Positions 14,592 through 25,500 of a stretch of DNA of 60,187 bases are shown piece by piece (within the stretch, counting starts at the first letter, position 1; each line of letters opens with the position of its first letter). A program made the position numbers and the translations under genes. The stretch covers positions 1-60,187 of the forward strand of contig KZ538593.1 of NCBI GenBank assembly GCA_000934665.2. The letters are read 5' to 3'. The stretch is from Catajapyx aquilonaris. Its lineage: Eukaryota. Below the pieces are notes generated by a model. The model was not told the DNA's origin. It was given only the letters and a program-made list of their open reading frames with translations, and did not search any database.

Positions 14592-15039
14592 GGCCACAAC
14601 CGCTTCCTTCCTTCCCTATCCTGGGTCCCACCCATGTGTGAAAAAAAATCTTCAGAAAAATTGAGTGGTAAAATGGTGGTATTCCACCCCACCCCCCACC
14701 CCCATAATGGAGCGCCGATTCTCACTATCATTTTTGTTCGGCTTCTTTTTGAAACTCGGCCTACCCATTCATATAATACTGGTGCATTAAACCACAACGC
14801 AACGCAAATCGGATTATGGACCATTTGCATATTGCGCCATAAGCAGATTACATCCACAGATTCGTGAGCCATCTCAATATATGGGGCGAAGCCCAACAGG
14901 GGGTGTGTGGCAGTGTGGGCGGACGAAGCCCCACCGCCGAGCGTAGCGAGTCTGACCCTGTATTAGCTCTAATAAATAAGAACGCTTTTTCCACGTTTCC
15001 AAAAATCGCCCCCAAAATTGAACGCGCTTCTTTGTAACA

Positions 15040-15392
15040 GCGACGCGTTTAGTGCCCCAATCCTTTCCTTCCTGAAGACGGCCATTGTTGCGTCGTCTTC
15101 AAAAGAAAGGGCGAAAAAAATGCTGTGCGTGACGTGAGGAGACCCTGTCGTCGACGTCAATCTGGTTATTTACCACTGCACCATTGGATGCGGGTGACGG
15201 ATCTAGTGACAGACGCGGTTTATAATCGGTCACTAATCAGGTCACGGGTTGGAGTCACCCCGATCTGAGTCAGATACATTGTAATTAGGGTGTACGACGT
15301 GGTTGCTTCTGGATCTGGATACTGAGGCTGAAGGGCGTCGCGACGGAGGAGGAGGTGACACGGAAGAGAAGACCTCAAGGAGGTTAATCATG
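15040..15392 (+). promoter_or_regulatory. CpG-rich promoter and probable first exon of the ClC gene
   Basis: Local CpG/GC enrichment in AT-rich background, repeated GTGAC/GTCAC and GACGTCA motifs, and a strong donor ATG|GTAAGG at 15392/15393 upstream of the first coding exon. Confidence 0.6.
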
Positions 15393-17741
15393 GTAAGGTC
15401 ATGCAAGCAAGGTCAACTACACTGCTATAGAGATTAATGCGGTTGGGTGGAAATAGCGTTGTAATCCTGTCTGGTGCTTACATTATGCTATGATACAGGT
15501 GACAATGTCATTTTTAATTGATAGTGAATGTAGGTTAAATGTAATTAATGTTGCATACCTAGAGGTATTACAAATTTTAATTGGTATCCTGTATGATAAC
15601 CGCGGGAGAAAGTGTTAACTACTTTTCTGATATTTTGAACCGGTGATGATTGCAAAATAATAATAGCCTACTCATTAATATTTATGAGCATTAGGCCTAG
15701 TATTGTATGGACAAAGTGACATAAAATATGATGGGCCTGTGAGACGCTAATCACTTGCAAGTTTATTGATCTCGAAATCAAATTTTTTGTCTGAAATGTG
15801 TGCATGCCCAATTTCCCTAGCCCGTTTTTAAATAACATAACTCTAAGCTAGATGTGTTTCATTTAGCCCTTATAACGTGCTACAAGTCGTGGATACAAGT
15901 GTAGATACTGAGCTGTTCTGGAGTACCAGCCAGTTTGCACTTACAATTCAGTATGAATTTAAGAGCAATTTTTTTGTGTGTCGAGTAATTCTTCTGCTTC
16001 AGAGAACTTGAATTGTTTTAGTGCAGTCATGTGGAAATAGAAAGTGTGACTGTGACAGTTATTATTTATGCATCATGTAGCTTGAAGTCAAAATTAGTCA
16101 TTCAGAGCAAGATAAATTAGATATACAATAATACGATTAATAACAAAAATCAGTGCTGGAGCTGAAGATATAAACTTTGTAATACTTTAATCAGATTGAC
16201 CTCGTCATGTTGCCATGTTCACAAATGTGTCGGCACCAACGAGAAGTGTACATGACGTTCCCTGTAAACACAAGTTGTTCTTGACACTGGGCCAAATACA
16301 TTTTTACCATGTTTACGACCTCAAAAATTAGCTAGAGTGCATCTCACTTAATCTGTCCTGAGAATCCTTATCACAGGAAAGGTGTGCGTTGGTTGATTAC
16401 TAGACCTTGTGCATCACTCACATGATGCACTTATGAATATTGCAAGCTCTATAAGAAGAGCTCTGGCAACCTTGAATCAGTCTTGATCCAGATTTGCATT
16501 TTGACTGGGACTTTTTGACTCTTCAGGACAGTTGCCCAACTTGGCTGGGGTTGGCAGGATAATGTTCAGGTTGCGGAGTGAATCTCGTAAGTGGATGTAT
16601 TTTGTGGCAGATATGTGTATTTGCAAGAGAAGAGCATTTCTTAAAATGGGTTTTGTTAATTGCCACAAGTTGTGTAAGTGTAAGTGTTTTTTGGTGTTGG
16701 CAGAGATGGAGCAGTTGATTTTTGGCAGCGTGTTGACTGTAGTTTTGTTCCTTTGCCAGGTCTTTCCGAAAGGGATCTGGGTAATTACGCTAGTTTTTAA
16801 GGTGCAGTTTTTTGGCATTGTTTGCCTTTGCTAGTGATTTGCATGATCCATTGTTGTGACCAGGGCACAGCATTAGTGTAGTTAGTTCAAATTTGTGACT
16901 TAATTTCACTGTCAAGACTAAGGAACAATTTATTTTTACTCATGCAATATTGTGTGCTGGTTGTAATGAAGCCTGAAATTTAAATGTGAGGATATATTTA
17001 TAGTGGAAAGTGTTATACTTAAGTTAAGCTGCCTGATGCGGAATTAATTTTAGGCCCTCGGCATATTTAAGAAATACCTAGTCAATTATGTAGGTGCAAA
17101 TATTGTATGTAAATAGTTAAAGCTGTGGAAATTTAAAGTAATGCAGTAGAGCTTAACACAACATTTTGTTTCTTTAAATTACAATATCTTCAAAATTGTA
17201 TACATCTTGTTTAGGTATGGTTTATCAGGAGATTTTGGACAGTAACTGCTCGACCTGTTCATAAACTTGATTTAGGCAGAAGGCAATGACATGCTTTGTA
17301 TACGTCATCTGTTGAAAGGCAATCCCACCCACCACTTTATCTGAATGCGACCCATTCCAGACAACCCAACTTGATAATTAAAGGTGCTTACAAGCTAGGA
17401 AGTTCATGGAGTTGTCATGCCTTGTGTATGATTATTCCAAGATACCGTGTATGACTACCCTATGTCTTGCTGAGCCTCGCATCACCTTCAGTTATCATGT
17501 TTGGTTTTCCAAGGTGGGTTGCATTCAGGCAAGGTGATGGGTAGAAGTTGAATTTTAACAAAAGGTGTTTATAATATCCTCATTGAGAATTATAACTTCA
17601 AGTTAAATCATTTTCCATTGGTGTTGGGGTTTTCTGAAGTTGAATGTCCTGCCACAGACTGCGAGAGCAAAGTGTTACCTAGTGGTGTAGCCAGTCAAAA
17701 GATGCAATTTGTAAATGGCATAATTGAAACTGCCATATACA

Positions 17742-18415
17742 CAGTGTTCCAAGTATCGGGGTCATTTTAGTTAGCTTTAATACCGCTAGAAGTAGGTATT
17801 TTTGTGTAGCTTGATGCAACGCAATCTGGGTTCCCAATTACTCCTAGGTGGTTAAATGTAACAGTTACTATACAGGGTGAAGGGAAATTCGTGGACAATC
17901 CCCAGGTAGACTGATAGTACTTATAAAACTAATATAGGGATGTGCAATTAGTTTTGTGCGCCATTGCGGAGTTAATGCGTGCGGTGCCGTCAAAGTTTCA
18001 TGACATCACATCCATTCCGCCAGCTTCAAAGAAGCAAAAGCCAGCTCAAGGGCCTCTGAACAATCCAGCCTTGGGTCCGTAACACGTCGTCCATGTACAA
18101 TAGGTGATCAAATCCCGTGAGAGTAAGAATCCGGGTGCGACACCCGTGCACTTTGTCGTTTTTACCTCATATTTTACCGTCCGGCCCTCGACACTTTAAA
18201 GGCGTTGTACGCATTAACTATGCAACGGTGCCCAAAACTACTTGCACATCCCTAGATTAGTTTTACGAGTACTATCAGTCTACTTGGTGATTGTCCACAA
18301 GTTTCCCTTCACCCTGTATAAAAGGGCATCTAGATCATGGCGCATCAAGCTACACAAAAAACATCTTTGAACAAAATTTCCGAAACTAAAGTGACCCACA
18401 TTCTTGGACGTATAT
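17742..18415. mobile_element. Older MITE hosting a nested MITE
   Basis: Inverted arms TTTTTGTGTAGCTTGATGC (17799-17817) / GCATCAAGCTACACAAAAA (18342-18360) and TCCAAG..GGGTCATTTTAGTT / AACTAAAGTGACCC..CTTGGA. Ends approximate. Confidence 0.65.
17873..18316. mobile_element. TA-flanked Tc1/mariner-type MITE
   Basis: TA|CAGGGTGAAGGGAAA ... TTTCCCTTCACCCTG|TA with imperfect TIRs of ~100 bp. Confidence 0.9.
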
Positions 18416-18459
18416 TGCACCAATCTGCATTTCAGTTGTATCTTAAATATCTTTCTCTA

Positions 18460-18767
18460 GGGCGACACGGTGGTGTAGTGGTTAATGCCACAGCCTTCCA
18501 CCTCTAAGGTCCTGAGTTCAATCCCCAGGTCGGACGGAGGACACTTATGTGGAAGAGGTTTGATGGGTTATTGCCGTGTTTGCGTGGGTTTTCTCTGGGT
18601 TCTCTCATTTCCTCCCACTACCAAAAACCCATCACATGCCAGATAGCCTTTGTTGCTTTGGCACAACCAACAAACCAAACCAATATCTTGCTCAAATGTG
18701 CAGCGCATGTCCTCTATGCTATCAGCATGCATTATAGATCTTTTTCATGTCAAACTATGTGATAATG
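18460..18767 (+). mobile_element. tRNA-derived SINE family B, copy 1
   Basis: Head GGGCGACACGGTGGTGTAGTGGTTA..GCCTTCCACC..GAGTTCAATCC (tRNA-Gly(TCC)-like). Core GTTTGCGTGGGTTTTCTCTGGGTTCTCTCATTTCCTCCCAC. 3' limit uncertain. Confidence 0.8.
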
Positions 18768-19044
18768 AATATAAATAATAAATAATAATGGATACCCCAT
18801 GATAGGCCTCCCTGGGCCTCTTACGGGATAATCTTTTAATTGACCGTCTTTATTCATTGCCTGTCATGTGATAGGTTTGGATAGTGGGAGGAAAGGGAGA
18901 ACCCTGAGAAAACCCACACGAACACGAAGAGAACCCATCGAAACTCTTTCCACATCAGTGTCCTCTGTCCGACCCGGGGATCGAACTCGGGACCTTAGAG
19001 GTGGAAGGCTGTTGCCCTAACCACTACACCACCGTGTTGCCCAT
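18768..19044 (-). mobile_element. SINE family B, copy 2 (full length)
   Basis: Reverse-complement copy of the family B head and core, (ATT)n tail at ~18775-18789, and 18-bp TSD TCAAACTATGTGATAATG at 18750-18767 and 19045-19062. Confidence 0.9.
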
Positions 19045-19488
19045 TCAAACTATGTGATAATGGTACCGTAATGCTTTACATAGCCTAGTGGCAAAATTTT
19101 AAACATATCAGAGTACCAAGCTGGTTTACACGATGATGTTTGCAGGGTTTGTAGGAATCACGAAGTTTATTGATTTAAGAACTCCTGAAGTCCTCATTGC
19201 TGTATTAAGATATTGTTGTGAGAAAAGGGAAGACTCTTATTGACCTGAAAAATAAATTCAGCTTTTTTTCTACATCTGTTGCAATTGACACATTTAGTTG
19301 CCAGGTATGATCCTCTTTCTCATGTCAGTGCACAATTATCAGATGGTTTGACATGGAATGACGCATATGCTTGTGTCTAACCACTTCTGAGCATATTCTT
19401 GAGATGATGATGTTGATGGGGGGACGGGGGAAAATTAGACCTTTTCTCTAACAGACCTTTTGCAGTTCCAGCTTCCCTTCCGGAAGAC

Positions 19489-19566
19489 ATGGAAAGAGAG
19501 CCTCTAAGAGGTCCACCTACGATGACCACAAGTTTTCCTCCTACATACCAATCAGTTGGTGATCAG
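19489..19566 (+). CDS. ClC-c: ClC coding exon 1 (MEREPLRG...YQSVGDQ)
   Basis: ATG at 19489, donor CAG|GTAAAT, phase 0 into 19627. Confidence 0.75.
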
Positions 19567-22500
19567 GTAAATAATTTTTAGTGCCCTCAAAAATGTATAT
19601 TGTTATTAATATAGTGTTTTTGGCAGACTCCAAATGGACAGCATTATCGTACCGGGTCATTAAGCTCAGACGACGATATGATTGACATAACCACAACCGG
19701 TACCATCACTGAGCGTACCATCACAGAAGATGAACGAATGGCATCTCAAAGTAAGGCAAAACATATTTTTGCGTGCAAAATTGGTTTTGAATGGCATTAT
19801 TTAGATACTTCTTAACCACCACTAGGTACGCATGTTGTTCCAGTAAAGCAGATTAAAAATTGACTTTGGTTGTTACTAATAATTAATTAACATGGGCTGC
19901 ACTTACACCCTTTTTAGCTGTGCTTAGCATGTTGGATTATTTTGGGGATACTTTTCTTTTGCATAGCTGGACCTACCTGGGTATTGATTTAAAAGTAAAG
20001 AAACCAACTTAGTTTCCCTTTTTTTCTTTCAAGTGGCTATTTCCTACAACCGAATGCATCCGGGTAAGTTTGCTTCTTTTATCCCAGACTGTGGTTTATT
20101 TTTTTTTCGTCAACCTGACACATTACTCACTTTGGCTTGTTTGCAATTGACATTAGTTAGGTAACTGGTAAATAGGTGACTTAGTGCTATCTTCTTCGTC
20201 TTTTTTTGGGAAAGGTGAAGTGACTTTCGTAGGATTAAATAATGGTAAGTGCAAAATGTGAAAGGAATGCACTTTAACATGCACAGTTTCTTCACTTACT
20301 ACTCTTTTTTTTACCATCTGATGGGCAAATTGCATTGCATTAAATTGTTTTAAAATGGAGTTGACTTTCTATTTGACCACAGGTAAATAAATCTTCTGCC
20401 TGCAAATAGATTATGCAAGTGTTCTTGTTGCAAAGTATGGTTAGATTTTATTGCATTCAGTTGCACTTCTGTCTGCTGCTTGTTCACAATTTCTTGGCAG
20501 TTATCCCACCTACCTGTTAGGAGGCATAAATTCTAAGAAATTATGGGGAAGTAGTAGCAGTGTGTATTGCTGATGAATTTTGTTGACCTATCGGATTCAA
20601 TAATTGTGCACCTTGTATTTGAGTAATGATTGCAAATTCTGACAGCTGATTGCGCTGTACATTGGCCTCGTAATCTTGGTATGCACACAATTATGCACAT
20701 ATTTTCTTCTATGCACTACTAAAATGATAATCACCAACTGTATGCAGTGAAATGTATTTAAATTCATGGCTATTTTTACTGCTTTTAATATTTGGCAATT
20801 TCTGTGCTAACCCAGTTTTAGTTTTAACTGATTAATTTGTGGGCATCTCAAAGTGTCTTATTTGCATTTGGTAGCCTAACTGCTAGTAACTGAACTGGCG
20901 AACAAGGTGTAAAAATGGTAGTACCTGGGTATGCTACATAAATCAACAAATAAGTAGGAAAGTGGTGAGAACAAGTGGACTTGTTTCATTGCCACTGATT
21001 TCTTTTTATTATGTAATTTACCTATTAATGGATGGATATTAATTGATATGCATATGTAATTTTCCATTTGTGATATCTCTGGTTGGAGTCATATTTTGGC
21101 ATCTGCCCATCATTTAAAAAAATGTGATGGTACACCTTGAATTACAAAAATTAATAAATTATTAAGTGTTACGTGTGATTTCTCAATATAACAAAATTAG
21201 TGTAATGTGACAATTGAGATGCCTAGATTGGAAATTAGTTTGAGACCTGAAATACTGCCTGCCTCTTTCCTCACACCCCAACCCCTCTTAGGCTACACGG
21301 AATCAGATGACATCCCAGGAATTGGCCAGTATGAGGACTTCCACACAATTGACTGGCAGAGGGACATCGCACGTGATCGCATGCGACACAGATATATAGT
21401 GAAGAAAAAACAGGACTCCTTGTGTGACCTAATCAAAGGTGCACATGATGCATGGTCAGGGTGGGTATGTGTGCTGCTGGTGGGCCTGCTCGCTGGCAGT
21501 GTGGCAGGAGTCATTGACATCGGGGCCAGCTGGATGACCGACCTCAAGTTTGGGATCTGCCCGCAGGCCTTTTGGCTCAACCGCGAGCAATGCTGCTGGT
21601 CATCTAATGAGACCAGCTTTGACCATGGAAATTGCTCACAGGTATGGGCATACAGATTTTGTATGGTTGGCTTCACTTATGAGGGAACCATGCCAGCTTT
21701 ATGAGACCAATTTTAATTCAAACCAGTCTCATTTCATGGGGGAAATTGATACAAAAAAGGGTCCTATTAACCCCTTGAGCCCCAGCTATATTGCCATGGC
21801 CTAGATTTTCATTTCTGTTAAATTTACATGTACTCTGAAGATAAAAAATAAGATATTTGACCAATAATAGCAGCTATACTTACACGTTCATGCTCTACTC
21901 TATGTATGTGTTTGGAACCAGTTTCATCGTCTAGAAGTCCCTAAATTAATTTCCTAAAGGATCGCCACAGAGTATAGCTATACTGCGAGTGCCTAGTTTT
22001 TGGCTTGAACGTACTCTGAAGATAATTATAACATATTTTACAAATAATAACAGCTATACTTACACGTTCAGGGAAAACATAACGTATATCTTGGAAACTA
22101 TTTTCCTTGTCTAGAAGTCCCTAAATTAATTTCCAAAAAGATCGCTTACACTTACTCTGAAGATAAGGACAAGATATTTCACAAATAATAACAGATACAC
22201 TTACACATTCATGCTCTACACCATGAATGTGTTGGAAACAATTTTCACTCGTCTAGAAGTCCCTAAATTAATTTTCAAAAATAATAACTTGAAATTCAAT
22301 TACTACTGGCCAACCGTTAGGCCACCGCCTAGATTGGCCCTTACACGTACTCTGAAGATAAGGACAATAAATTTTACAAAATAATAACAGCTATACTTAA
22401 ATGCTCCTTGAAAATGCTATGAATGTGTTTGGAACAATTTTCCTCCTCTGGAAGTTCCTAAATTAATTTCCAAAAAGATCGCTGTAAAAAAAAACTCGAA

Positions 22501-25500
22501 ATTCGAGAACTGCCGGCCAACTGTTAGACTGATTTAATTATGAAATACATTAAAATATACGGAATATTAACCTTGAGAACCTTGCCAGACAAAGTTGCTC
22601 GTCGTACTTCGTGAGAAATAAATGAATTAGGGAGATTTCTGAAGTAACAAGAAAGCCGCATATCAGAAATAATTTATTTCTCGCAAAGTACGACGATTTC
22701 AACATATTCGTCTGGCACTATTCTCAATATTGTTATTCTGTGTATTTTAACGGATCTCATAATTAAATCAGCCAAGTAGTTGGACCGGAAGTACTTGAAT
22801 TTCGAGTTTTACAGCGATCTTTTTGGAAATTAATTTAGAGACTTCTAGACGAGGAAAATTGTTCCAGACACATTCATAGTGTTTTCCCTGATCGGGTAAG
22901 TATAGCTGCTATTTTGTGTAAAATATCTTGTCCGTATCTTCAGAGTACTCGTAAGCAGAAAACTAGGTTCTGGTGGGTATAGCTGGCGCTCAAGGGGTTA
23001 ACTAGATGCGAGTGGGCATTGGTTTGGGAGTTGGGACACCTGCTATGCAAAAGGTGCACCCAGTCTGAATCTTAAATAGCTTGTAACTCCCAAACCACTT
23101 TTGCATGACCTTTTCTAATTTGCATCGAAAATTAAAATGCGAAATTTCGCTTCTGGAACACCTTGTAGATGAATTTTTTCGGCATTTTACATTTACAAGG
23201 ACCACGACAAGTTGAAATGATAAATATTGGAGCATATTGTTTTTCATTAATATCACTCCTACTACAAATTTTGATCAAGAAAAGAAAAAAACAGCCCAAG
23301 AAACCCAGCCGTCAAAGGGTTAAGCAAATTAGTGAAAATTTCAGACTGCGCATAGATATTTAGCTGGAGCACAGTTTTTACTCTCGGCAGGTCTGCGAGT
23401 CTTTCTTTTTTTCTTTTTTTTTTGTGGGGGGGGGGGCGNGGGGAGGGGGGGCGTGAGGGGAGGGGGGGCGTGAGGGGAGGGGGGTTCTGGGGGTTTTCGT
23501 TTTGGATTGGAATTTTCTTTTAGACTTAAAGGTCTCATGGAAGTAATTGGGAATTGGGGGTTCCTCTGGCCGTTTTCTGTCGGGGGGCTTTTTGCATTGA
23601 GCCGGGGGCCATAACGCTATGTCTGGGAGGTCCCGTTAAACTTAAATTTAAAATGTGCATAAGTGTTCAGGATAAAATCTGACACAATCTGAAACTACCT
23701 TCCTTAACTTGTGAAGATGCAACCAGCCGATGTGGCCAATAGTGTATTTTTATAGGTGGAATCCGACTATGCTAAAATTGCACCCAGCTCAAAACTTAAA
23801 TTGCTTGTAACTCCCAAACTAAGCCCCACTGGTGTATAGTAATAGGTTTTTTTCTGATTAAATTTTACATGTGAAATATGATTGGTTTCAAGAAAATCAG
23901 GTTGTAACATCTGGTGCCATTCCCTTGTCAGGGGAAGCAATTTCATACGTCAACAGTAATCTACTTAGCACTTACATCCTCTTTAGTAAACCTGTCAAGG
24001 ACCAAAGAATGGTATAATCCCTCTTCTATCCTCTAAATGACTTTACTGATTTAAATCAGTGATACTGTATTAATGTTTGACTAACCTAGGTGCCACTTGC
24101 CATTGCCTGTCAGCAGAAGATAGAAATTAGGATAAAATGAAGTTGAACAGGGGGCCAGTATACTCGACAGGAGTTACATTACATATTGTTCATTGTGACT
24201 TACATTTCAAATGTATGTGTAGATCAAAATTTATTGCCATTTTTGCCATATGTGAAGTTGAGGAGGTAGTTGGGAAAAAAATGTAGAATAATATTTATCT
24301 CTCGGTTCTTTTAATTTTTTGCAGTGGTTGACCTGGCCAGAAGTGTTTGGTCACACAGGCAAAGGAGCTGGCGCATATATAATCTCCTATATATTCTACG
24401 TGCTGTGGGCCCTGTCATTTGCATCACTTGCTGCCTGCTTAGTGCGAGTCTTTGCACCATATGCATGTGGATCTGGTATCCCTGAGGTGAGGACTTTCAG
24501 TGCCCAGTACATTAGCATATTGATCTCTACATTTTCTAGAAGCCACAAATTACATTTAAATGGTTATTGAATTTGATAATTGTTCAATTATTAGATACAG
24601 TGAACATGAGGGAGTCTTCAAGGGGGAAAAGTTGTCTTGCTTGGCCTAGTACCTGGTTGAATTGAGACTCATTTACTGGATTGACTTGCTCCTGAACATA
24701 ATGCAACAAATTTGTATTACAGATCAAGACAATTTTGAGTGGATTCATTATCCGCGGATATTTGGGCAAATGGACCCTCCTGATCAAGTCAGTGGGCATT
24801 ATGCTAACCTCTTCATCCCCACTGAGTCTGGGAAAGGAAGGACCCATGGTGCACATTGCCTGCTGTATTGGTAAGATATTTAATATCTAGGTTTTAAGTG
24901 TAAAATATTTTATTGACATTTATTTTAACCAAATCCCCAATTCTTCAATGTTTAGTTGTCACAACTAAAATAACTGATAGTGGTCTAAGGGTATTATATG
25001 TTGCACAAAATGTCCAGTACATTATTTGCACATTTCCAGTAATCGTTGGAAAAATGGGCGGTCATTGTTCTGAAAAACCTTTTTTTACATAAATTCTACC
25101 ATGAGAGATAACAGATTTCATCACAAAATTTGCCTATCAGTGTGTCTATGCCAAGAAGGGTTCCTTCAATATTTTTAAACTAGAACGTTTTGGTGTTATC
25201 CAAGAATATTAACAGGATCTGTCTGGTTTTTTAGGAAACATCCTTTCATACTTATTCCCGAAGTACGGAAAGAATGAAGCAAAGAAGAGAGAAATTCTAT
25301 CGGCAGCTGCAGCAGCTGGGGTGTCCGTTGCTTTTGGGGCACCCATTGGAGGGGTGCTATTCAGTCTTGAGGAAGTGAGTAATTTGAGTTTTCAGCAAGA
25401 GGTCTTAAAACTCCAGCATCACCCATAAGATAATCCTACACTATAAAGGACTACAAATCTGGGCAAATGGGAAATGTGCATGTGCCTAATCATGTGTCCA

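Larger units (their letters stand above)
13670..14710 (+). mobile_element. tRNA-derived SINE family A, copy 1 (host, split by nested insertions)
   Basis: Head CGAAGCAGGTTGGTGTGGTGGTTAAGG..GACTGCTAATC..GGTTCGATTCC (A and B boxes; tRNA-Ser(GCT)-like loop). Body is interrupted at 13823 and resumes at 14589 (ATAGGCCACAACCGCTTCCTTCC). Confidence 0.85.

Noticed and set aside
14309..14896. Poly-Ile/poly-Tyr ORFs (also 28168 and 59005)
   Set aside because: Translations of (ATT)n microsatellites.
14969..15085. Divergent gene starting ACAATGGCCG on the - strand
   Set aside because: Short frame ending at repeat-like sequence, with no convincing donor or downstream exons.
21831..22500. CRISPR-like repeat array
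   Set aside because: Units are long degenerate tandem repeats without unique spacers, inside a eukaryotic TTAA element; no cas genes.
23400..23500. G-rich tract as functional G-quadruplex or Pro-rich ORF
   Set aside because: Low-complexity, contains an ambiguous base, and is probably repeat-derived or low-quality sequence.
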